Below are positions 54,100 through 64,000 of a stretch of DNA of 64,000 nt, in pieces. Numbering within the stretch: the stretch's first letter is position 1; the number at the start of each line of letters is the position of its first letter. Below the pieces are notes generated by a model. That model searched no databases, was not told the DNA's origin, and worked only from the letters and a program-made list of their open reading frames with translations. This stretch comes from Eledone cirrhosa (Eukaryota): NCBI GenBank assembly GCA_964016885.1, contig OZ024754.1:11160001-11224000 (forward strand), written 5' to 3'. Made by a program: the position numbers and the translations under genes.

Positions 54100-55721
54100 A
54101 AGATGATATTGTGAAATGATACTGGGAGATGATACTGGGAGATGATATTGTGAGATGATACTGTGAGATGATATTGGGAGATGATACTGTGAGATGATAT
54201 TGTGAGATGATATTGGGAGATGATACTGTGAGATGATACTGTGAGATGATATTGTGAGATGGTACTGTGAGATGATATTGGGAGATGATATTGGGAGATG
54301 ATACTGTGAGATGATACTGTGAGATGATATTGTGAGATGATACTGTGAGATGATACTGTGAGATGATATTGTGAGATGATACTGTGAGATGATATTGGGA
54401 GATGATATTATGAGATGATACTGTGAGATGATATTGTGAGATGATATTGGGAGATGGTACTGTGAGATGATATTGGGAGATGATATGAGATGATATTGGG
54501 AGATGATACTGTGACATGATATTGTGAGATGATACTGGGAGATGATATTATGAGATGATATTGGGAGATGGTACTGTGAGATGATATTGGGAGATGGTAC
54601 TGTGAGATGATATTGGGAGATGATACTGTGAGATGATATTATGAGATGATATTGGGAGATGATATTGTGAGATGATACTGGGAGATGATACTGTGAGATG
54701 ATATTATGAGATGATATTGGGAGATGATACTGTGAGATGATATTGTGAGATGATACTGTGAGATGATATTGTGAGATGATATTGTGAGATGATACTGTGA
54801 GATGATATTGGAAGATGATATTGGGAGATGATACTGTGAGATGATATTATGAGATAATATTGGGAGATGATATTGTGAGATGATACTGTGAGATGATAGT
54901 GGGAGATGATACTGTGAGATGATATTTTGAGATGATATTGTGAGATGATACTGTGAGATGATATTGGGAGATGATACTGTGATGATATTGTGATGATATT
55001 GTGATATAATACTGGGAGATGATATTGGGAGATGATACTGTGAGATGATATTGGGAGATGATACTATGAGATGATATTGGGAGATGGTACTGTGATGATA
55101 TTGTGATGATATTGTGATATAATACTGGGAGATGATATTGGGAGATGATACTATGAGATGATATTGGGAGATGGTACTGTGAAATGATATTGGGAGATGA
55201 TATTGGGAGATGGTACTGGGAGATGATACTGTGAGGTGATATTGTGAGATGATATAGTGAAATGATATTGTGAGATGAAATTGGGAGATGATACTGGGAG
55301 TTGATATTGGGATATGATACTGTGAGATGATATTGTGAAATAATATTGGGAGATGGTACTTTGAGATGGTACTTTGAGATGATATTGGGTGATGATATTG
55401 TGAGATAATATTGTGAAATAATACTGGGAGATGATATTGTGAGATGGTACTGTGAGATGATATTGGGAGATGGTACCGTGAGATGATATTGGGAGATGGT
55501 ACTGGGAGATGATACTGTGAGATGATACTGGGAGATGGTACTGTGAGATGATACTGGGAGATGATATTGTGAAATGATATCGTGAGATGATATTGGAGAT
55601 GGTATTGTGAGATGATATTAGAGATGGTATTGTGAGTTGATATTGTGAGATGATACTGTGAGATGATATTGGGAGATGATACTGTGAGATGATACTGGGA
55701 GATGATATTGGAGATGATACT
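54100..55721. repeat. 13-bp minisatellite (GAGATGATA[C/T]TG[T/G])
   Basis: ~1.6 kb tandem array. Confidence 0.95.
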
Positions 55722-56180
55722 AAAGCTGTTAATTATAGAAATTGTTCTGTAATTCTGAAGTCTTAAGATGTCTTTCTTGGGAATGGGTATCGTTAATGAT
55801 TGGATCCACTCCTTCCGCCATCATTTGTCATATCTATTGCCAGCTGATAGTGCCTTGATAAGTTTTGGTCCTCCATGTTTCAGGAGTTCTGATGGAATTT
55901 TCCATCTTTGAGTATGCACACTGCTTCTTTGATTTGACTTACCTCTAGAGAATTGAAATATCTCAAGTTCTCTATTCTTGTTGGTGGAATTAACCAGGAT
56001 GCTAGTGTCATGTCTGAGCTTGTGGTTATAAACGTCTTTGCAATACCCAGACTATCTTCTGAATACAGCAGTCTTATCTGTGAGGTGTGGGCCTATTTTG
56101 TCCTCAATAACAGTGATGATGTGTTGCTTTATTTTTGTTAGTATTTTAAGGGTTTCATAAGCAGCCTTGCCATTGCCCCC
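55722..56180 (-). pseudogene. RTE-type RT N-terminal relic
   Basis: IKEAVCILKDGK...IPSELLKHGG...KEWIQSLTIPIPKK...QNYRTIS. Confidence 0.75.
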
Positions 56181-56361
56181 CAACTCCTTTTTTTTTTTCA
56201 TGTATCTATCTATCTATCTTTCTTTCTTTTCTTCTCTCGCGTCCCTTTTTTTTAATCCCAGTTTCAATGGGTTTTTTTGGCTCTGGTCTGTTATCAATTA
56301 CTAATGATAATGGAAAACCCATTGTTAAGGGTTTCAGTTATTAATATATCTCATCTCTGTG

Positions 56362-56790
56362 TGGAAGCAGTATGGCTAAATGGTTAAGAAGTTCACTTTG
56401 CAATCATTAAGTTCCAAGTTTTATCCAACTATCAGACATCTTAGGCAACTATCATCTACCATAGTCGCAGGTCAACCAATGCTTTGTGAGTGAAATTGGA
56501 TAGTTAGAAACTGTTTGGAAGCTCGTCAGATGGACTGTACCTGTAATTCCTTGGGCCAGTCTTGTCACGCAGTGTCACACTGAATCTCTCTGAGAATTAT
56601 GCTAAGGGTACATGTGTCGGTGGAATACTCAAACACTTTGGCAATAATTTAACATGGAATATACTTGAAATTCAAAGGGCTAGCCTTATCTCACTGAATC
56701 TCCCTGAGAATTACATTAAGTATTCAATGTCTATGTAATGCTCAGCCACATACACATCAATTTCATGAGCATGCTGGAACACTGAAATTT
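56362..56790 (+). mobile_element. Degenerate tRNA/CORE-type SINE (octopus OR-like)
   Basis: TGGCTAAATGGTTAAG A-box; CTTAGGCAACTATCATCTACCATAG...CAACCAATGCTTTGTGAGTG body. Confidence 0.55.
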
Positions 56791-57229
56791 GTCAGAGATC
56801 CATTCTATTCTATTCCTTCTAAACCATTTCCCTGTTGACTCTTTAACTAAAATCTTATAACTATAATTAATATAATTTTTATGATTATTAGTTTGGTTAT
56901 TATGGTAATAAAAAATAAAAAATATCTTGCCAAATCAATGGGTGGCAATAGTGTCAGCTGCATCGAAAGACTGGTGTAGTGGTTCTGAGAACAATGCGGC
57001 TTTGCAGATGATCAATGCAAATTGACAATGGAAAGGCACTCCCGCTCAAGTTAGAAGAGAACTATTGACCTTCAGGAGAAGCAGCGACCCCTGATTGTAT
57101 TCAGCAACCAAAACAAATATGAAGTACACCAAAATCCAATGCTCCTAGGGGCGGCTCTGTTTCTTCTTATTTGTGAGCGTAAACTCGGCCAGATTAGATT
57201 AAATTATTATGGTAAAATTTAGGTAATAA

Positions 57230-57482
57230 AGAAGAGAAGATCCTCACACTCAATCACATGTCACTACAAGGGAGGGCTTGTAGCCTCCCTCCAATAATTT
57301 TTTAGGCGAGCCAACGCACTCTTGGCTTTGCAGCTAAAGTGCTGGAATAATCAAGTACCACTGCAGACATCAACTGATACTTTGGTAAGGTGAGCCACCA
57401 ACTATGACAAAAACCTTCTTGCCAGCAACCCCTTAAACGTCTCAAATGCTAAATGCTGGAAAAAATAGTTTACCAATAATTA
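57230..57482 (-). pseudogene. CRE-clade retrotransposon 3' relic
   Basis: NYFFQHLAFETF...RFLS*LVAHLTKVSVD...LFQHFS; nucleotide similarity to 52140-52235. Confidence 0.6.
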
Positions 57483-57624
57483 ATGGTGTTTCAATTTATA
57501 TTCATAACACCTTCCCCTACCATCTCCCTTCCCATACACCACTCTTGCTGTAATCATCCCACCCCTATACCTATGTCCCCAACCCTCACCATAAAGTTAT
57601 CCCCCTTGAGCCTCGACATTAAGT

Positions 57625-57956
57625 GCCCAGCCCTCACTATATAGTGGTTACGTAGGTGTCACAACAAAAGCGCCCAGTCCACTCTGTAAAGTAGTCATGT
57701 AAGTGTTACGACAAAAAAGCACCCAGTCCACACTGTAAAGTGGTCGTGTAGATGTCACAACAAAAAGCACCCAGCACACACTGAAAATGTAGTTGGCATT
57801 AGGAAGGGCATCCAGCTGTAGAAAACAAGCCAAAATCAATTCTGTGTATGCAAATCAAGGTCCTCTGACCTGATCTTTCACAAAAGGACTGCTCGTCCTA
57901 CCCATGCTAGCATGGAAAATGGATGTTAAATGATGTTGACGACGATGATGATGATG
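57625..57956 (+). mobile_element. RTE 3'UTR fragment
   Basis: Three ~48-bp repeats, TTAGGAAGGGCATCCAGCTG, CCCATGCTAGCATGG, (GAT)n. Confidence 0.8.
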
Positions 57957-58035
57957 AATACAGGTTCTAAAATTAACTGCTGTTAAACAAGTCTGAGAAA
58001 ACTGTTAGAATTTCTTCTTAAGGAGAAAACATAAT

Positions 58036-58221
58036 TATTTCTACTTTAGGCACAAGGCCAGCAATTACCCAGTGCATTACTGGTACTTTATTTTATCGAC
58101 CCCGTAAGGATGAAAGGCAAAGTCAACCTCGACGGGATTTGAACTCAGATTGTAAAGGGACGTAACTATGCTGGAAAGCATGGCGTCCGACCCTCTCCCG
58201 ATACTGCCAATCCACCGCCCT
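58036..58221 (-). mobile_element. Young full-length Nin-domain-like SINE with 18-bp TSD
   Basis: TTAAGGAGAAAACATAAT at 58018-58035 and 58222-58239; an older diverged copy follows at ~58240-58460. Confidence 0.9.
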
Positions 58222-58621
58222 TTAAGGAGAAAACATAATGGTTTCTAATTTAGAAACAAAGCTAACAATTTGAGGGGAATGAAAATCAATTTAATCTATC
58301 TCCAGTACTTGACTGGTACTTTATTTCATTAACCCTAGAATGATAAAAGGCAAAGTTGACTCTGGTGAGATTTGAACCCAGAGTATGAGTGTAGAGATCC
58401 AGAACAAATGGTACTTGGTAATGTGTCTGATGCTTTACTAATTCTGACAATCCACCATGCATACGATTTCAGTGGAAAATGTCAGCTTCATGTAAAGATG
58501 ATAAAAGAATATAAGGGCAAAGCTAGATTGATAGGAGTAAAGAAGAGAATTGATCATAGTCCAACAGGTGTAATTTTAACTGATTAATATACAGAGTATG
58601 TTATCCCAGAGTTTGTTTTAA

Positions 58622-58826
58622 CTCTTTAGCATTTACATTACTCTATATATACTACTGTATTTTCACGGTAAACACTTTATCTCGCATAATATTGAATCTA
58701 CAAGATTTTGATATTATTTATTTTGAGAATACCTTAATATAAGTATGAACAGCTGGGTATGGCCGGTTTGAACAGAAAGAGTTGAGAGAATTCTAGCGGG
58801 ATACAGCCAGTTTAAACCCTAAAGGG
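58622..58826. mobile_element. piggyBac-like MITE
   Basis: TTAA|CTCTTTAGCATTT ... CTAAAGGG|TTAC; body matches 46301-46521. Confidence 0.72.
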
Positions 58827-58884
58827 TTACGGGAATTTTTGAACAGCACAAATCTTTAAGGCAGGTAGTATTTGATATTCTCTG

Positions 58885-59068
58885 GGCGGTGGATTGGCAG
58901 TATCGGTAGAGGGTCGGACGCCATGCTTTCAAGCATAGTTACGTCCCTTTACGATCTGAGTTCAAATCCCGCCGAGGTTGACTTTGCCTTTCATCCTTAC
59001 GGGGTCGATAAAATAAAGTACCAGTAATTCACTGGGTAATTGCTGGCCTTGTGCCTAAAGTAGAAACA
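58885..59068 (+). mobile_element. Young full-length Nin-domain-like SINE with 18-bp TSD
   Basis: AGTATTTGATATTCTCTG at 58867-58884 and 59069-59086. Confidence 0.9.
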
Positions 59069-59308
59069 AGTATTTGATATTCTCTGAACCTGAGAAGCAT
59101 TTGTAATAGCTATTTTAAAACAATATTTACCATATAAGTGAATGTGGTATCTGACACAAAATATATTAACTTACAGCACAATATTAGATTTAGAACTACA
59201 AAAGCAAGGGTGAACTGCCGGTTAAAACGGTCCCTGTGGTATCCCAATTCACGATCTAGAAGGCTTCTTTAGAAAATTTCCCTATATCATTATTTTAAAT
59301 TGACTAAA

Positions 59309-59520
59309 GGGCAGTAGATTGACAATATTGGAAGAGAGTCGAACATGATGTATGGCATATAGCTATGTCCCTTTACGTTCTGAGTTCAAATCCCGCAGAG
59401 GTTAGCTTTGCCTTTCATCCTTACGGGGTCGATAAAATAAATTACCCGTAACGCACTGAGGTCGATTTAATCGACTTTCCCCTCCCCCAAAATTGTTGGC
59501 CTCGTGACTAAATAAGAATT
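59309..59520 (+). mobile_element. Nin-domain-like SINE
   Basis: B-box GAGTTCAAATCC and family body. Confidence 0.82.
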
Positions 59521-59559
59521 ACCTAATGAGTGAATAATTTTTATAAAAACCTATTTTAT

Positions 59560-61135
59560 ATTACGCTCATTATTTGATGTAACAAGTACGGGTAAGACGC
59601 CTTATAATGCCAAAACGTGTTGGGATTTGTCAACATATTGGCCAAAAATCAAACTCCCAGCTGCCATTCAATTTTTAATTAATTTGAATTTCAAAGTTTT
59701 CTCCCTTTGACTTTAAACTATAATTATTCTACATTAATAGGCGTTACTACTGGTCCAAGGTAGATAACTTCAGCCATCTCTTATCGACCTGTCCAAACAA
59801 GTAATTCGTTCTAATTTCTATAATTCCACCGAAAATACTTCTTTGTTGTTTTGGAAAGGTCATAGGTCTACAAACGAACAGCCATTTTGAAAATCAACTG
59901 GGAAGAAAGAAATCAATGCAAGTATAAGCCACGCTGATTGGTATATGAATGACAAGAACTCAAGTAGAGCAAGGTCATAATTAAATCTAATTCCCATGTC
60001 TTTAAAACGAATGGGCGAATTTGGTGGCATCCGCAAACTCGTGTGTAATAAAATGCGAGCTCAGCATGAACATAAGCTAGGTAGCGTTCCAATTTTTTCA
60101 GATTTCTCAGACTCTCCAAATCCACTGGTTTATCTGTTAAGATAACCAATAGAATATCTCTAAGCGTGAGAGGGGTAGAAAGTAAATTTCTGTCAATAGA
60201 ACTTGGAAAGCTAATCGATGGAAATTCCATGTACCATTATGACTCTTTCCGAAAAGGATCTGTTAAATATTAACAATTTGCATCGCTAATATTGAAGCCT
60301 GTATCCCGGCAATAGGAAATAGGAAATCACGATCGCTTGATCCAGAACAGAATCATTTAAATAGCAGATGTTCAATTCTGATGACACCTCTTTAGCAATG
60401 TGGTCAATGAAAGGCAGTGAGGAGTTCGAATGGTTACGTTATCGGATGCAAGGGAACAATCTCCAAAGCTCTTTATACAAATCTACGAACCCAGAAAGCA
60501 AACAGTATATTAACAACGAACATTTGCATCGACAAACGCGTTATTGTCCATGTTAGAGAAGGCGTTCTTAACATCAAGTTTTAATATTACTTTCGAACCG
60601 ACAGAACGTTGGATAAAAGATCGGGAAAAATTTACGGCTTCATAACCATGTTTAACAGCAACAGAGATCTACTTGGTTTCTCAATGACCAAAGAGAAGCC
60701 TTCAATGCTAGTCTTCTGTACGTATTTTCAACTGTAATCAGATGAACGTCACCATTTTCTTAAGGACACATAATTGAGCGCCGGAAAAAAACACAACAAA
60801 AAAATCAAAAAGACTTGGGGTCCCCACTATCAGCAATACTAGGATATAGTGCAGACAGTATGTGCATTAATTTAGCATCAGGTGGTTCTACTTCTTTCGA
60901 AATGGAATTTTTGAGATGTTAATGACTAAGAGAGTCATGTCCCGAGCACCAAACAGAGGAAACAGCGGCTCTGATATCGTTATCCGAGAATACGAAGTAC
61001 GGCAGTCAATTGGAGAAGGACTGAAAATGATTTCAATCTGTGTTGAGAGGTATTTTGAATGAAATGGCAGAGTTGCTACTGACAAATAAGCTACCGGACG
61101 ATAAACAACAAACAGCTTCTTTGACATCAAAATTA
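59560..61135 (-). pseudogene. Decayed CRE-clade non-LTR retrotransposon ORF (reverse transcriptase)
   Basis: FSGAQLCVLK..GDVHLITVENTYRRLA (60706-60753), VAVKHGYEA, VILKLDVKNAF (60558-60590), SSELNICYLND (60352-60384), LLSTPL; collinear with the CRE RT consensus, with stops and frameshifts. Confidence 0.78.
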
Positions 61136-61689
61136 TACAATTTTTAATTTGGTTATAAGGTTCAGGGAGGAAACACCATTACGCGAGCTGGCGTTTGATC
61201 TGGTTCTATTACGATTATTGGTATTTGGGAAATCGATTTTGGAAGTAAATATAGATATTTGATTCTTAACAATATTAGCGACTGAATTTTAATTAAGATC
61301 TTTAATTGTCCAGAGTAAGGAAAAAGGAGTGAATGAAATTTGATGTTGTCTTGGAAGACCGACCAGTTTTGATAAACACTTTTAAAGTTGATGTTTTTTA
61401 AGTAAACATTTCAACTTCTCAGTGGAGATATAAACTGCTTTGTTTGTAGCTCGATATGTATTATAAAAGGGTTTTTCTTGTGGAGAATACAACAAAAGGA
61501 AAAGTTTGTTTTCATGTGATGAGTCGGTTTTGATAAAACCTTTTAAAGTTGTTGTTTTATTTTTTGTTTTGTTTCGCTTAAAAAAAAAAAAGGTAACGAA
61601 TTCAACTTTTCTGTGAAAATATAAAGTGCTTCGTTACAGATCTGTACGTAAAAGGGAAAACATGTGGAGAAGAAGAATACACGAAAAGG

Positions 61690-61806
61690 AAATTGCTGAT
61701 CGTAGCGCATGAGCACTTAATAAGTTCCGGTGTCTTCCGTTGATGCTGTTGAATTACGTGTGGCGTGAGATTCCAAGTTGTTGTATGCGTACTGTAATTA
61801 ATAAGC
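61690..61806 (+). promoter_or_regulatory. Candidate housekeeping-type promoter / 5'UTR
   Basis: Locally CpG-rich non-repeat DNA with TTCCGG and CTTCCG (ETS-like) and GCGCATG motifs upstream of an ATG and a splice donor. Confidence 0.35.
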
Positions 61807-61844
61807 ATGGGCAAACCTAAGAAAAAGCAACAAGAAGATAATAT
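61807..61844 (+). CDS. Candidate first coding exon, MGKPKKKQQEDN(x), phase 2
   Basis: AGCATGG Kozak-like context, 38 coding nt, then a consensus donor GTAAGT and AT-rich intron-like DNA; no downstream exon identified. Confidence 0.45.
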
Positions 61845-63239
61845 GTAAGTAAAATAAAGTTATAGCTTGTTATGATGATCTAAAGTGTGTAGTAGCAAAA
61901 TAATTAATTTCCCGATTTTAGAGCACATGGTTATATACCGTGCCATTATGTCTACTTTTCAAGGATATTTTTAATATTTTCCTTGCTGCGTTTTTTTTTT
62001 TTAATTTAACTTCATGCTCATCTTCTGTAGATGTTTTCATGTGTATTTATTATTGGTGATCTGATTGAAAGTTTTCAACTCTTAGTCTTAGAACAAATCG
62101 GTCTTTGTGACGTCATATCTTAATGTGCGACTTTTAAATGTTTAACTTTTAGAATGTAGCAATTGCTTCATATATATATATTTCTGTTGTGTAATTCAAC
62201 ATTTCCCTTAGTAAATATTCAACCATAGAAAGTGTCTGTTAACACAATCTGTACTCATATGCCCATATAATATCCCATATTTGATGTCTTTTTTTTTGTC
62301 TAGTTGTTTCTATAACTTTTTATTGGACGAAAAAGCCAACAACAAAAACTCCCCCAGCTTTTTAATAAATATTATCCTAATCATCAAAAAATAAGCCACC
62401 CACTAATTTCTATAGCGGACATATGATATAATCTTAATTTGGTAAGGTTTCTATTTTTGCTGGGGTTTTATCCGCTTTGCGAACATGCCGCCTTAAATTT
62501 GATTGTAAGTTACCATATGGCTATAATATAAACTGTCTGATGTTTAAAAAAAAAAGCTGATCGTCGCTTGCCCCAGTAATATCACTTCCAAAATTGTTTT
62601 ATTTATCTAATTAAAGATGTACCAAACTAAATTCCTTCCATATTTAGTTTGGTATATCTGCAACCTTCTAAATACCTTGATATTGGAAGCTGCATTTCAT
62701 ATTTCATATATTTCACATAGTTTACACGTAACTTTTTGAAGTAAAAAATGCAGTCACGTCACATTTTCACTAGTTTTACAGTACTGTATGAATGGGAAAA
62801 GATAATTGACCACATTATCAGATGGCAGTGAATATATTTCATGGTAGATTTCGACTAAATATATCGCTCCTGGAAATATTTTGCAAGTTTGAACACATCA
62901 AAGTATTTTTGAATAGATTAGAAATCATGTAAATACAAGATTTAAAATATTTAATTTCCTACGGAAGAGGAAAGTCGAATTATTAAAAGAATGGTAAATA
63001 GTACACATCGATAAGCAGTTTTTTGTCAACAGGCGATTATTGTTAGTCTGTCGCGATATGAAGTTAGTAAGATGCAATAAAAATTCCTGAAACTTTTTTT
63101 TATTTTTTAGAGAGAGCAGGAAAAAGTTTATTTACTAATTGTAACCAGAACGGATATGTTTAGAAATAATTGAATTAAAAGATAAAATATATGGATTGGC
63201 ATTGATATTTTATTTTATTTTTATACGTTTGTCAAAGGA

Positions 63240-63420
63240 GGCAGGGCATGATTATGACCCTTGCAAGCTCTCCTAGATTGGTAAGGTTCATATCTATAGG
63301 ACGTGGAGAGAATTCCAGACAGTTGCAGTTCTAATGATAAGTATAGACATAGTGTTTAATGAGGTACCTAGGAGTAATGGTGATGAGTGGTTGTGGGAGA
63401 AGAGGTTAGGCAGTTAGCTG
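63240..63420 (-). pseudogene. Jockey/CR1-type LINE 3' relic
   Basis: IIRTATVWNSL resembles the FF.RT..LWNSLP C-terminal motif. Confidence 0.4.
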
Positions 63421-63737
63421 TTCTCAAAAAAAGCAAAAGCTGATGTAATAGTGATAGAAAACAGAGAAAGAGAGAGTGGGGGAGTTTAAACATTTATAAA
63501 CTAGTGGTTGGATCTTTGTTAATCCTTGTGTTCATATTTAAATTTAAACCTTTCATCGTGATTTTATCAAGGAAAATTTTAAAGCTTCAAACACCAGCTT
63601 AATAATGTAAAAGTTATTTAATTTACTAAATATCCAAATTCTTGATTATTTTCAGAATTAATTGAAAATCCTAGAATTAGAATTACAATTAGAAATATGG
63701 TAATCAGTGGAAAAGTCTCCTTTTAAAAGCAGTTTAA

Positions 63738-63935
63738 TCCTTTAGCATTTACATTACTCTATATATACTATTGTATTTTCGTGGTAAAGGATTTATCTTA
63801 CATAATATTGGATCTATGAGGTTTTGATGTTATTCATTTTGAGAACAATACCATAACATCATTATGAGCAGCTGGTTACAGCCAGTTTGAACAGAAAGAG
63901 GTGAGAGAATTCTGGCCGGTTTAAATGCTAAAGGT
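63738..63935. mobile_element. piggyBac-like MITE
   Basis: TTAA|TCCTTTAGCATTT ... AAATGCTAAAGGT|TTAA. Confidence 0.75.
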
Positions 63936-64000
63936 TTAAGATGTTAATATCTGCAGTAGCAGCACCACCTCATGTATGTAAGCATTCCTTTTATGTGGGT

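Noticed and set aside
56940-57170. Additional CRE C-terminal relic on the minus strand (PLGALD...RECLSIV)
   Set aside because: Resemblance too weak to call without a profile search.
62616-62659. Hairpin TACCAAACTAAAT...ATTTAGTTTGGTA as a miRNA or terminator
   Set aside because: Short AT-rich stem with no supporting context; intrinsic terminators do not apply to this eukaryotic DNA.

Overview
AT-rich animal genomic DNA, almost certainly a coleoid cephalopod (octopus-like), judged from its tRNA-derived SINE families and very large microsatellite tracts. No complete protein-coding gene is supportable; nearly all long ORFs in the track are translations of simple repeats. The window is a retroelement and satellite landscape. 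(i) A ~16 kb (TA/CA) microsatellite field holds three co-oriented bipartite non-autonomous RTE elements (RTE-like 5'UTR fused to a C2H2-finger 3' end) with the same 3' end and staggered 5' ends. (ii) A 5.75 kb (GAA)n-based array directly continues the 3' end of an RTE LINE whose sister copy at 447-641 has a ~10 bp tail. (iii) Several relics of CRE-clade retrotransposons cluster at 51-61 kb. (iv) Two RTE insertions are 5'-inverted (twin-priming type). (v) There are many SINEs and MITEs, a Penelope-type minimal hammerhead, several long palindromes and minisatellites. (vi) A possible first coding exon and promoter of a housekeeping gene lies at ~61.8 kb. All family assignments come from motif recognition by eye, not database searches.
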